Below, in pieces: positions 19,457 to 29,877 of a stretch of 46,806 nucleotides of DNA. The DNA comes from Candidatus Argoarchaeum ethanivorans. Its GTDB lineage: Archaea > Halobacteriota > Methanosarcinia > Methanosarcinales > EX4572-44. How positions within the stretch are numbered: the first letter of the stretch is position 1; each line of letters opens with the position of its first letter. Under the pieces are notes generated by a model that was not told where the DNA came from, did not search any database, and saw nothing but the letters and a program-made list of their open reading frames with translations. The stretch covers positions 1-46,806 of the forward strand of contig CAJHIS010000004.1 of NCBI GenBank assembly GCA_905067555.1. Direction: 5' to 3'. Made by a program: the position numbers and the translations under genes.

Positions 19457-20996
19457 ATTTACGAACCGTGTTCGATTTACGCTATGGACATGTTTAATAG
19501 CTCTTAATATAATTCTAAGGATTCCAACTACACCACATGAGATTGGATGGGATACATTTGCAATACACATACTGACAAATTCAATATCAGAGTTTGGCTG
19601 GGCGATGTGGTGGGTGAATCCGTTATCAATAGGAGGTTTTTATCCTTATTCTTATGCGAGTGTAGTTCCTTTTCTTGTTTCTGGTATTTCGCAGTGCACT
19701 GGCATTGGTATGGAACGGACTGTGTGGCTATTTTGTGCATTTATAGGAGTTTCTAGCGCGTTTTTTGCATATATAATGGCTGGAGCGATAAAGAACAACG
19801 ATATTTTCAAATTTTTAGTAGCATTTGGCTATTCTGTTGCGCCTGGAATATTGAATTTTTCGACATGGCAACTATCTGCAAGGGGTTGTTTTATGGTATT
19901 GCTACCCCTGTTTGTTTATCTACTTTTAAAAACGCGCACTTCTATAATAAGATGGAGTTCACTTAGTTTTATACTGCTTGTGGTACTTACCTTAACACAT
20001 CATTTGTTTTACTTCGCGGCTGCTGTTGCCTTCAGTTATGTTGCCGCTATAGCATTTTACAAACTAAAGACACACATAAAAGTTTCTGAGAACTTCGTTA
20101 ATCTCGCTTTCATTATTTTCTTTATCGCCGTGCTACTGCTGCCATTTTTTACACGCAACTTCATTCAGGGTGGAAGATATAATTGGTTATTTGATTTAGT
20201 TCCCATCTACATGAGATATACAGGAGTTCTTTTGGTTTTTGTCATTGGAGGGTTTGCGTATTTATTACTTAAATATGATAAAGGGGTTACCGAATGGTTT
20301 TTACTGTTTGCTATGCTTTGTCTTGCGCCTTTCCTTTACATCCAAACTTACGCTGTGTGGTTCTTTATTCTTTTTGCATTTATTCTGGCTGGTATAGGCT
20401 TAACGAACATTACTAAGGTGTATAGGCAGAAGGGAAGGGTTGTATTCTCAATAATAATTATTTGTTTGTTACTTTCTGTCAGTTTTTCGGGGTTTTATCA
20501 ATATTCGCGTACAAATATGGAGGGTATTCACTACTACAATGAGTGGTATATGGAAGATGGAACATACGTTGCAGGATTATGGATTAAGAATAACATAGAC
20601 AAAGCCCTTGTCTGTAATGACGGGCTTATATCAATGAGGACGTTCGCTATATCTGGAATACCAACTCTCACGGGTTTTGGTACAAGTGATTTAGCTTATG
20701 GTTTCACTAACATGAGCGAATTGAACATATCAAAAGTTTCACCGTTATCTACCGTATTTTATCTTGAAGGTCCATATATAAGGACCCCTCATACTGCCTA
20801 TACGGGATATTATGTTTCTATGCTTAATGAAAATGATTTTGATGGCTATTATGGGACGCCAATTATTTCTAAATTTAATTTGTCTTACGTAATAGAAAAC
20901 GAAGATATCGGTGATAATCCGTTTATCAGATCTGTTCATCGGGAAAAGAATAATATATATGATAATAGGAAGATTCAAATATGGGCGTTAGATTGA
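19443..20996 (+). CDS. Polytopic membrane protein, putative GT-C glycosyltransferase or Wzy-like polymerase
   Basis: About 11-12 TM segments, early HEIGWD loop motif, LTHH, soluble C-terminal domain; lies in the glycan operon. Confidence 0.55.
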   Translation: MYRNKFTNRVRFTLWTCLIALNIILRIPTTPHEIGWDTFAIHILTNSISEFGWAMWWVNPLSIGGFYPYSYASVVPFLVSGISQCTGIGMERTVWLFCAFIGVSSAFFAYIMAGAIKNNDIFKFLVAFGYSVAPGILNFSTWQLSARGCFMVLLPLFVYLLLKTRTSIIRWSSLSFILLVVLTLTHHLFYFAAAVAFSYVAAIAFYKLKTHIKVSENFVNLAFIIFFIAVLLLPFFTRNFIQGGRYNWLFDLVPIYMRYTGVLLVFVIGGFAYLLLKYDKGVTEWFLLFAMLCLAPFLYIQTYAVWFFILFAFILAGIGLTNITKVYRQKGRVVFSIIIICLLLSVSFSGFYQYSRTNMEGIHYYNEWYMEDGTYVAGLWIKNNIDKALVCNDGLISMRTFAISGIPTLTGFGTSDLAYGFTNMSELNISKVSPLSTVFYLEGPYIRTPHTAYTGYYVSMLNENDFDGYYGTPIISKFNLSYVIENEDIGDNPFIRSVHREKNNIYDNRKIQIWALD

Positions 20997-21019
20997 AATA
21001 TGCACGAGAGGTATAATAA

Positions 21020-22144
21020 ATGAAAATATTAATTGTTAGTCAATGGTTTGTATCAAAAGGTTCAGATGGAATGGTTATTCCTGGGGGGACCGAACGGTAT
21101 TCGTATGGGTTGGCAAAACAGCTTCAGGAAGATGGTCACACTGTTATGGTTTTATCTACAACTACAGATAAAGAGTTGGCGGGACTTAAAGTTTTGAATG
21201 GAATAAGTATATATAGGTTCAAAATACCGGAGAGATTCTATGGATACCTTGCAGATTTTTTATGTTTTATAAATCTGTTAAAACAAAAAGAATTCAATCC
21301 TGACATCATTCATATTGTTAGTACAGGATACCGTTTTGCATTTGGTGGGATAATTGCTTCAAAGATTATGAAGAAGAAGACAGTATATACGATAACACTA
21401 ATACCATTTAAAGAAGGAAGAGGGCGATTGCCAATCTTTTTGGATAAATTTATTTTTAGTAAAACAGTTGGATGGAGTGACGTCATCATTGCACTTAGTA
21501 AAGAGATGAAGGAAATTTTGGCAAAGGAGGTTCATCATAAGAAAATTGTGGTAATACCGAGCTTCTTTACGGAAAGTTATTGCGAGGAAGGAAATAAAGA
21601 TAAGGCCCATAATTCTATTTTATTTGTTGGTAGGTTAGCGGTAGCACATAAAGGAGTTGATTTTTTAATAAAAGCAATGAATTATGTGGTGAAAGAAATA
21701 CCCTCTGCAAAACTAAATCTTGTTGGAGAAGGCCCATCATTGAACTATTTAAAAGAGTTGGTATCTGAGTATGGATTAGGAAATAATATTATTTTCTGTG
21801 GTCACATAGATGAAGATCAACTGTTTGAGATGTATTTTAAAAACGAGATTTTAGCCATGCCATCTCTCCGAGAAGGTATGCCAATGGTTTTGTTGGAAGC
21901 GATGAGTGCCGGACTACCAATAGTTGCATTTGATATTGAGTGCATTAAAGAGGCATTAGAGGATGGAAAACATGGGATATTGGTCAAAAAAGGAGAAATA
22001 AAAGAATTGGCAAATCAAATCATAAGATTGCTAAATAATGATGAACTTAGAGAATATTATTCGAGAATGAGTTTAGAAAGGAGTAAAAGGTATTCACAGG
22101 ATGAAGTTGTGAGGGATATTGAGAAGATATATCTAAGTATATAA
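21020..22144 (+). CDS. Glycosyltransferase family 4
   Basis: GGTER, FVGRL..KG, EGMPMVLLEAMSAGLP. Confidence 0.92.
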   Translation: MKILIVSQWFVSKGSDGMVIPGGTERYSYGLAKQLQEDGHTVMVLSTTTDKELAGLKVLNGISIYRFKIPERFYGYLADFLCFINLLKQKEFNPDIIHIVSTGYRFAFGGIIASKIMKKKTVYTITLIPFKEGRGRLPIFLDKFIFSKTVGWSDVIIALSKEMKEILAKEVHHKKIVVIPSFFTESYCEEGNKDKAHNSILFVGRLAVAHKGVDFLIKAMNYVVKEIPSAKLNLVGEGPSLNYLKELVSEYGLGNNIIFCGHIDEDQLFEMYFKNEILAMPSLREGMPMVLLEAMSAGLPIVAFDIECIKEALEDGKHGILVKKGEIKELANQIIRLLNNDELREYYSRMSLERSKRYSQDEVVRDIEKIYLSI

Positions 22145-22178
22145 CTCTATTTAACCCTACTATTTTTATTTCCATATT

Positions 22179-23600
22179 TTATCTCTTGAGTACTTTTTTA
22201 GCCATCTCCCAATCTTCTACAGTAAATGTTTTCAAAGCTAATAGTGCTACTAAATATATAACTACGGCTAAAGGAACTAACAAAAATATATTGACATTTA
22301 TAAAATAATATACAAAAGTGCCCATCATCAACCCAGCAATTACTGGTTTTATTATTATTTCGTGTACTGGTAGCACGAATAAGTGCTTAGAGACGAAATA
22401 GAAACTTGCTATGAATAGCACTGCATTTGTAACCAGTGTTGCAATAGCAGCGCCATTATAACTTAATATGGGAATCAAGATTAAATTAAGGATTACATTA
22501 ACAATTGCACATATCCCCATACTCAGGGCGTGTAATTTTTGTTTGTTGATTGAGATCAAAAGATTCAATAACAAAAAATTTATAAAGGTGAACACAATTG
22601 CACAGATCAATATTTGAAGTACAGTTGCGGATTCAGCAAACTCTGCTCCGTAAATCAGCAGGATGATTTTATCGGATAGAATCGCTATACCAATGGTAAT
22701 AGGTAACGCAATAATTAAAAGATACTTCAGACCGAGTTTATAACTTTTAATTAATCTTTCTTCCGATGTTTTGAAGGCTTCGGACATTATTGGAAATAAT
22801 GAAATCATAAATGCATATGGGATAACTATAAAAGGTTCGAATAATTTATGTGCCGCTGAATATATTCCAACTGCGGTATCTCCTTGCATCGGCGAAAGCA
22901 TTAACATATCAATCTGGTAGTATATTATCCAGATAACGCTGGAAAGTGCAAGTGGTAATGCGGCCTTAAATAGATATTTCCAGAGCTCAAAGTCAATGCT
23001 AAACTGTGGTCGGACAAATTTTCGCGAAAATGAATAGCTAATCAGTGTTTTGACCATTTCTGAGAACACAAGTACAATAAATACTTCCATGAGCCTTCCA
23101 TGTGAAAAGATAATCCAAAGTATTAAGGCGGCGGACAAAACTTTAAAAACTAATTTTGCAATTATATTATACGCCATTCTGAGATTCGCCTGGAATATGG
23201 TGGCATAGAGGTCACTAAAAGACCCGAATAGTATCGTAAAAGCTCCTATATAGATATAAGTCGTTGTATCTGCGGGATATGACATCAGTGTTATCACAAT
23301 CATTGATAGAGCCACGGCAAAAACAGCCAATATTAACTTTATAATATACGCATTTCCAATCAATTTGGGTGCTATTGCTGAATCACGCGCCATCTCTCGA
23401 ACAAGAATTGATTGAAGCCCTAAATCCGTTATAATACCAAAGAAAGCAAGATATGCGAATACGAAACTGTATTTGCCAAAACCAACCGTGCCGAGATACC
23501 TCGCAAGGTATATCATTATAACTAAAGATATTATCTTGAAGATGACATCTCCAACAATAACGACTCCAGTGTTTCTTGTAACTCTTTGTATCGTGCTCAA
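22179..23600 (-). CDS. Wzx/RfbX-type oligosaccharide flippase
   Basis: ARYLG..GFG.Y, DLGL...REMA, YYQID..ML, VGIYSAA. Likely TTG start at 23600 after a G-rich SD (the track gives 23624). Confidence 0.92.
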   Translation of the reverse strand: MSTIQRVTRNTGVVIVGDVIFKIISLVIMIYLARYLGTVGFGKYSFVFAYLAFFGIITDLGLQSILVREMARDSAIAPKLIGNAYIIKLILAVFAVALSMIVITLMSYPADTTTYIYIGAFTILFGSFSDLYATIFQANLRMAYNIIAKLVFKVLSAALILWIIFSHGRLMEVFIVLVFSEMVKTLISYSFSRKFVRPQFSIDFELWKYLFKAALPLALSSVIWIIYYQIDMLMLSPMQGDTAVGIYSAAHKLFEPFIVIPYAFMISLFPIMSEAFKTSEERLIKSYKLGLKYLLIIALPITIGIAILSDKIILLIYGAEFAESATVLQILICAIVFTFINFLLLNLLISINKQKLHALSMGICAIVNVILNLILIPILSYNGAAIATLVTNAVLFIASFYFVSKHLFVLPVHEIIIKPVIAGLMMGTFVYYFINVNIFLLVPLAVVIYLVALLALKTFTVEDWEMAKKVLKR

Positions 23601-23887
23601 GTGTGAATCCCCCCACTCATACAATAAATATGGTCGGTATTACTAATTAGCTCAGTCCAATATATAGCAGACTGTTTAGGTTACTCAAAAGGCAACAAAC
23701 ACATCCTACTTTTTCAGTCCTTATCTTTTATGTTTCGCTATTTTGAAACAAAATTTACTAAATTATTGCTATAATATATCAATATTATAGATTATTTTTC
23801 GTTACTATTTATAAATATTTAAAATATCTGTTAAACAATTCACAAAATAGCAGAGACTTTATAGTATTGAGTTCGTAAAATAGAATC

Positions 23888-26554
23888 GTGAAGATGCAGG
23901 ATATCGAAAAAGGGATACTCCAGAAAAATGATGTTCATTCATTTTTGGGAGTAGCTTTAGCTATTATCTGCTTTATACTGTTACTCGCTGGCATAAACGT
24001 AGCAGGCGCCACAGACTACTACGTATCAATATCAGGTGATAATACATATCAAGGAAACATCACACATCCATGGCAGAATGTTTCATACGCTACACAGCAG
24101 GCAACAGCGGGAGATACAATACATCTCTTCAATGGCACTTGGTACGATGAGCATGTTGTTTTTGCTAATTCCGGCAACGCTACACACCCGATTACAATGG
24201 ATATGCATAATGGTACGCCAACACTGGATGGCGCTGATAAATTGGGTATTGGAATTTATATTAATGGAAAGGATCACATACTAATTGACGGCATAAAGAT
24301 AGCTAATTACATGAATAGTTTAGATATAATCTCTCCATACGCAACCAGTATCACCATTAGGAATTGTGAATTTTCTGATGCTGGGATGAACGGGATGCTC
24401 GCAAGAACATCCAATCTAACCTTATATAATTGTACAGTCCACGATACGGGTGACCATGGACTATTAATCATAGATCACTCGATAGCGGAGAATCCTCGTT
24501 GCTTCAATAATAATATAAGCCATTGCACTGTTTACAACGCACCACACAACCTGATTGATATACATACAAGTGTGATGAACACAACGATTGAATACAATGA
24601 GCTATATTTTACAGATGACTATTCAGGATCAAAGCAAGTAGGGATTTATCTACATAATCATCATACACACAATACTATTGTAAGAAATAACAACCTTCAT
24701 GATCAACCCAGACCACTTGAAATCCTTAACTGCAATAACACATTAGTTGAAAATAACACATTTACGAATATTACAAACCGAGCCATAATGTTTTACGCGG
24801 ATATGCCACCATATATAGTAGATACTGCCACAATACGAAATAACACAGTCCAAGACTGTGCTGAAGGTTTTAGGTTCTTCTCTAATAACGTAAACTTCTA
24901 TGACATATTTTTTGACTCTAACATCATCTCCAATACTACCTATTATGAATATTACTTTGAATCCGGAACACTCGATAATATAACAATACGAGATAACTTA
25001 CCGATAGGAAATGTTTTATCACTTGGAGCGGGTTGGAATGAGACTGGTGACAATCAGGTCTTTGTTGAATATACTGATGGTCGAGTTTTTAAGAAGGAAT
25101 ATGGAATTGGTATACCGTATTGGTATCATGATAAGAGCGAAGTTCAAATGGAATTTATTCTCGGTGAGCAAGGAGCAGGGATGTATTCAAGAATAGATAT
25201 TACAACCTACAACATGACCGCAGTCCCAGTATCTGATTATATTACGATAATTGTGGACAAATTCAACACATCGTTTCCACAAGGACAAATATTGGTGGAT
25301 TTCACAGTAAACACGACTGATGGGAACAATGTGGACTTTACCATCTGGGGTTTAAAACCAAACTACTATTATCTAATCAAAAGAGACGATACGAACTTTA
25401 CCACAGAACACGCAAACTCTTCTGGCTATATCCAGTTCAACAATTCGGAATGGTCTGCACGTAGATTTACAATAGAAGAAGATAACATCCCACCAACAAC
25501 CACTGCTATAATTACACCGACTCCAAATGAAGCTGGATGGAACAATGCTCTAGCGGTGGTGACATTCTCACGTGGCGATAATGGAGGTTCTGGCGTTAAT
25601 TACACTAATTTATCGTCATCGCAAGAAATAGCTGTAAAAATTGACGGAGTTGATATTACAATCCCGAAAAAAGGAGAGGGCAACCTCACAATACCGTTAA
25701 ATGCATCTTACGGTGATTCGTTTAATGTAACGATATCCAACGAAGGAATTACAGAAATATGGGATTACTCAATAGACAATAACTCCAATGTCGAACTCAC
25801 AAAAAACGTAACTGTAAAGATAGACTTCACACCCTCTGTAACTTATTCAAATGTTACAGTACCAGATATAGCCAGCTATTCAGCCACCATTTTATGGACA
25901 ACTGATGAATTAGCTGATAGTTTGGTTAAATATGACACATTATCTGGTAGCTACACCAAAAATGCAAGCGATACGTCTTATGTAACTTCACATAACGTCA
26001 CTCTTACCGGATTAACACCAAACACAACTTATTATTTTGTTGTAAACAGCACAGACCAAGCAGGAAATTCCAATCAGAGCATTGAATACAACTTCACTAC
26101 GCTACTCTTTGGCACCATCTCAGGCAGCGTCACCCATACCTGTAACGAAACAGGAATTGCAGGAGTAGCTGTTAACCTCACTCAAAACGGAACTTCGATC
26201 AATTCGACAGTAACAGATAGCAGTGGTAGCTACACGTTCACTGACATTCCACTTGACACTTATAATGTAACAGCATCAAAAATCCGATTCTGGTCTAATT
26301 CAACCTCTGTGACTGTTAATAGTGGTGCCTGTATAATAACAAATCTTACTCTTTGGCTAAAGGGAGATCTAAACAATAATGGAATATCTGCTGATGGTGG
26401 AGATGGTGGAGATGTTACAGCAATGTGGAGTGCCTGGAGAGGAGAAATTACACCAGATTACAGATTTGATTTAAACAACAATGATGAACTTGCTGATGGT
26501 GGAGATGTTACAGCAATCTTGAGTGCTTGGAGAGGAGAAATTATATTAGAATGA
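23888..26554 (+). CDS. Secreted protein: right-handed beta-helix, FN3-like and carboxypeptidase-regulatory-like domains, C-terminal dockerin-like domain
   Basis: Signal peptide; YYVS..G.N...G....PW; Asn-ladder repeats; WTTDE..DS.V.Y...H.V.L.GL.P.T.YYF; duplicated D.N.N....D..DVT motif. Confidence 0.8.
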   Translation: MKMQDIEKGILQKNDVHSFLGVALAIICFILLLAGINVAGATDYYVSISGDNTYQGNITHPWQNVSYATQQATAGDTIHLFNGTWYDEHVVFANSGNATHPITMDMHNGTPTLDGADKLGIGIYINGKDHILIDGIKIANYMNSLDIISPYATSITIRNCEFSDAGMNGMLARTSNLTLYNCTVHDTGDHGLLIIDHSIAENPRCFNNNISHCTVYNAPHNLIDIHTSVMNTTIEYNELYFTDDYSGSKQVGIYLHNHHTHNTIVRNNNLHDQPRPLEILNCNNTLVENNTFTNITNRAIMFYADMPPYIVDTATIRNNTVQDCAEGFRFFSNNVNFYDIFFDSNIISNTTYYEYYFESGTLDNITIRDNLPIGNVLSLGAGWNETGDNQVFVEYTDGRVFKKEYGIGIPYWYHDKSEVQMEFILGEQGAGMYSRIDITTYNMTAVPVSDYITIIVDKFNTSFPQGQILVDFTVNTTDGNNVDFTIWGLKPNYYYLIKRDDTNFTTEHANSSGYIQFNNSEWSARRFTIEEDNIPPTTTAIITPTPNEAGWNNALAVVTFSRGDNGGSGVNYTNLSSSQEIAVKIDGVDITIPKKGEGNLTIPLNASYGDSFNVTISNEGITEIWDYSIDNNSNVELTKNVTVKIDFTPSVTYSNVTVPDIASYSATILWTTDELADSLVKYDTLSGSYTKNASDTSYVTSHNVTLTGLTPNTTYYFVVNSTDQAGNSNQSIEYNFTTLLFGTISGSVTHTCNETGIAGVAVNLTQNGTSINSTVTDSSGSYTFTDIPLDTYNVTASKIRFWSNSTSVTVNSGACIITNLTLWLKGDLNNNGISADGGDGGDVTAMWSAWRGEITPDYRFDLNNNDELADGGDVTAILSAWRGEIILE

Positions 26555-27854
26555 GGGGGAAGATTGGGTAGTGACTCGCCATCCTACTCATATTTAGCTC
26601 TCATCGGTTGATTCCGGAGAATACATATCCTATACCTTACGCCATTATATGGTTGACGCGATACTATAAGATAAATGTGCCGAATATTTTAAAGAGAACA
26701 GAATCTATTTTTACGGATTGTGAAGCGAAAGAACGATAAGGGCAGTGATAACGAGTACGGGTTCAATGACACTCTGAAACACGATGTAAAATTGCCAAAA
26801 GACCTGATCAACTTGTTCGTATTTTGTGTTTTGAATCTTAAATCAAAGCTTCTTAAGATTAATAGTGAACTGGATGATGGGTCTTTGAAAGAGGTAAAAT
26901 CTATGGCATTCGTAATAAAAAATGTTATATATGATCGAGCATAGTTAATAACATAAAGGTGTATTCGAGCATCCTACCTTCATTTCAAACTCAACTCTCT
27001 CCCTATAAAGTGGTGGCTAATCAAGTCAACTCATTCGTGGGAATTTCTAAAGTAACATCTGCAAACATCGAAAAATCGGAGAGGTTGCAGCAGCGAAGAT
27101 TAACAAAAGGAGAAAAACAAAAGTGGATAGTAGAAGAATAAAGACAGCATTGGTGGTAATATTTTCAGTCTTTGCAGTCACCACTTTATTAGCTTTGGCT
27201 CAGCCCACCGCTACAAAATTATATGTTGAGGATGCGAGCGGGTATAAGAATACTACTATATCATTACCTGTTAACATAGTAGATACACAAAATGGAGTTG
27301 CAGGTATCGAATTTGAATTAGTGTATAACAAGAGTGTTCTAAATCTCACACAGATACGAAAAGGTGACTTATTTGATGATTCTTCTTCAATGCTGGACAA
27401 AAAAGGTGAACAAGGCGATTATACCATATTAGTTACTGGTTATAGCTTAACTGATGGCTCAAATGGCTCGATAGTAGTGTGTGACTTCAGCATTACAGGT
27501 GAACCAGGTGAAACAAGCCTGGTGAATCTTAGTAACATAAATTTATATAATAAAATGGGTGAAACAGGAACAGCATCAGCAAATAATGGGACATTCACAG
27601 TTCTTACACCATTAGCGCCAAATATTAATTCCTTCGTTCCTCTATCACCAGTTGAAGATATAGTTGGCAGCCGGAGAGTTTTTAACCTGTCTGTGAATCA
27701 AACAGTAAACGTGAGCTGGCGGATAAACGGCACCGAGGTACAAACTAATACGAGCGTAACAGAATCCTCATACACGAATGCAAGTGCGGTTATTGGAACC
27801 TGGAACGTTTCTGCAATCGTCATGAATCAGAATGGTACTGATATACAGACGTGG
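26136..27854 (+). repeat. 1719-bp direct repeat copy 1
   Basis: Matches 28159-29877 at offset 2023. I could find only six mismatches, all in 27136-27230. Confidence 0.97.
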
Positions 27855-28577
27855 ATATGGTATGTACCTGTACCACCAAACGTTACTTCCTTCGCGCCAG
27901 CAAACACGACCCCTTCGCAAGATGAGGGAACTACAAATACCTTCAATGTAACAATTGATCAGGTTGTATCGAATGCGTGGTATCTAAATGGCAATCAACA
28001 ACCTGAAACTTCGCAATCATTTACCCATACATGGACTTACACAGATGCGGGCGTACACAATATAACTTATGTTAGTGTAAATGTGAATGGAACAGCAATC
28101 AAAACATGGATGGTTACAGTTATTGATATATATGGTTCTATCTCCGGCATCATCACTAATACCTGTAACGAAACAGGAATTGCAGGAGTAGCTGTTAACC
28201 TCACTCAAAACGGAACTTCGATCAATTCGACAGTAACAGATAGCAGTGGTAGCTACACGTTCACTGACATTCCACTTGACACTTATAATGTAACAGCATC
28301 AAAAATCCGATTCTGGTCTAATTCAACCTCTGTGACTGTTAATAGTGGTGCCTGTATAATAACAAATCTTACTCTTTGGCTAAAGGGAGATCTAAACAAT
28401 AATGGAATATCTGCTGATGGTGGAGATGGTGGAGATGTTACAGCAATGTGGAGTGCCTGGAGAGGAGAAATTACACCAGATTACAGATTTGATTTAAACA
28501 ACAATGATGAACTTGCTGATGGTGGAGATGTTACAGCAATCTTGAGTGCTTGGAGAGGAGAAATTATATTAGAATGA
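27123..28577 (+). CDS. Secreted cohesin - Ig-like x2 - carboxypeptidase-regulatory-like - dockerin protein (chimeric)
   Basis: GTG after SD AGGAG; cohesin pattern I.LPVNI....VAGIEFELVYN.SVL.L..I.KG.L...G.G.I....F.I.G..G..S...L; dockerin identical to that of the upstream gene. Confidence 0.8.
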   Translation: MDSRRIKTALVVIFSVFAVTTLLALAQPTATKLYVEDASGYKNTTISLPVNIVDTQNGVAGIEFELVYNKSVLNLTQIRKGDLFDDSSSMLDKKGEQGDYTILVTGYSLTDGSNGSIVVCDFSITGEPGETSLVNLSNINLYNKMGETGTASANNGTFTVLTPLAPNINSFVPLSPVEDIVGSRRVFNLSVNQTVNVSWRINGTEVQTNTSVTESSYTNASAVIGTWNVSAIVMNQNGTDIQTWIWYVPVPPNVTSFAPANTTPSQDEGTTNTFNVTIDQVVSNAWYLNGNQQPETSQSFTHTWTYTDAGVHNITYVSVNVNGTAIKTWMVTVIDIYGSISGIITNTCNETGIAGVAVNLTQNGTSINSTVTDSSGSYTFTDIPLDTYNVTASKIRFWSNSTSVTVNSGACIITNLTLWLKGDLNNNGISADGGDGGDVTAMWSAWRGEITPDYRFDLNNNDELADGGDVTAILSAWRGEIILE

Positions 28578-29877
28578 GGGGGAAGATTGGGTAGTGACTC
28601 GCCATCCTACTCATATTTAGCTCTCATCGGTTGATTCCGGAGAATACATATCCTATACCTTACGCCATTATATGGTTGACGCGATACTATAAGATAAATG
28701 TGCCGAATATTTTAAAGAGAACAGAATCTATTTTTACGGATTGTGAAGCGAAAGAACGATAAGGGCAGTGATAACGAGTACGGGTTCAATGACACTCTGA
28801 AACACGATGTAAAATTGCCAAAAGACCTGATCAACTTGTTCGTATTTTGTGTTTTGAATCTTAAATCAAAGCTTCTTAAGATTAATAGTGAACTGGATGA
28901 TGGGTCTTTGAAAGAGGTAAAATCTATGGCATTCGTAATAAAAAATGTTATATATGATCGAGCATAGTTAATAACATAAAGGTGTATTCGAGCATCCTAC
29001 CTTCATTTCAAACTCAACTCTCTCCCTATAAAGTGGTGGCTAATCAAGTCAACTCATTCGTGGGAATTTCTAAAGTAACATCTGCAAACATCGAAAAATC
29101 GGAGAGGTTGCAGCAGCGAAGATTAACAAAAGGAGAAAAACAAAAGTGGATAGTAGAAAAATAAAGACAGCATTGGTGGTAGTATTTTCAGTCTTTGCAG
29201 TCACCACTTTATTAGCTATGGCTCAGCCCACTGCTACAAACTTATATGTTGAAGATGCGAGCGGGTATAAGAATACTACTATATCATTACCTGTTAACAT
29301 AGTAGATACACAAAATGGAGTTGCAGGTATCGAATTTGAATTAGTGTATAACAAGAGTGTTCTAAATCTCACACAGATACGAAAAGGTGACTTATTTGAT
29401 GATTCTTCTTCAATGCTGGACAAAAAAGGTGAACAAGGCGATTATACCATATTAGTTACTGGTTATAGCTTAACTGATGGCTCAAATGGCTCGATAGTAG
29501 TGTGTGACTTCAGCATTACAGGTGAACCAGGTGAAACAAGCCTGGTGAATCTTAGTAACATAAATTTATATAATAAAATGGGTGAAACAGGAACAGCATC
29601 AGCAAATAATGGGACATTCACAGTTCTTACACCATTAGCGCCAAATATTAATTCCTTCGTTCCTCTATCACCAGTTGAAGATATAGTTGGCAGCCGGAGA
29701 GTTTTTAACCTGTCTGTGAATCAAACAGTAAACGTGAGCTGGCGGATAAACGGCACCGAGGTACAAACTAATACGAGCGTAACAGAATCCTCATACACGA
29801 ATGCAAGTGCGGTTATTGGAACCTGGAACGTTTCTGCAATCGTCATGAATCAGAATGGTACTGATATACAGACGTGG
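28159..29877 (+). repeat. 1719-bp direct repeat copy 2
   Basis: See 26136-27854. Confidence 0.97.

Noticed and set aside
26720-27141. 74-aa and 60-aa ORFs, repeated at 28743-29164
   Set aside because: Their recurrence is only due to the 1719-bp duplication. No SD or motifs; more likely upstream regulatory DNA.
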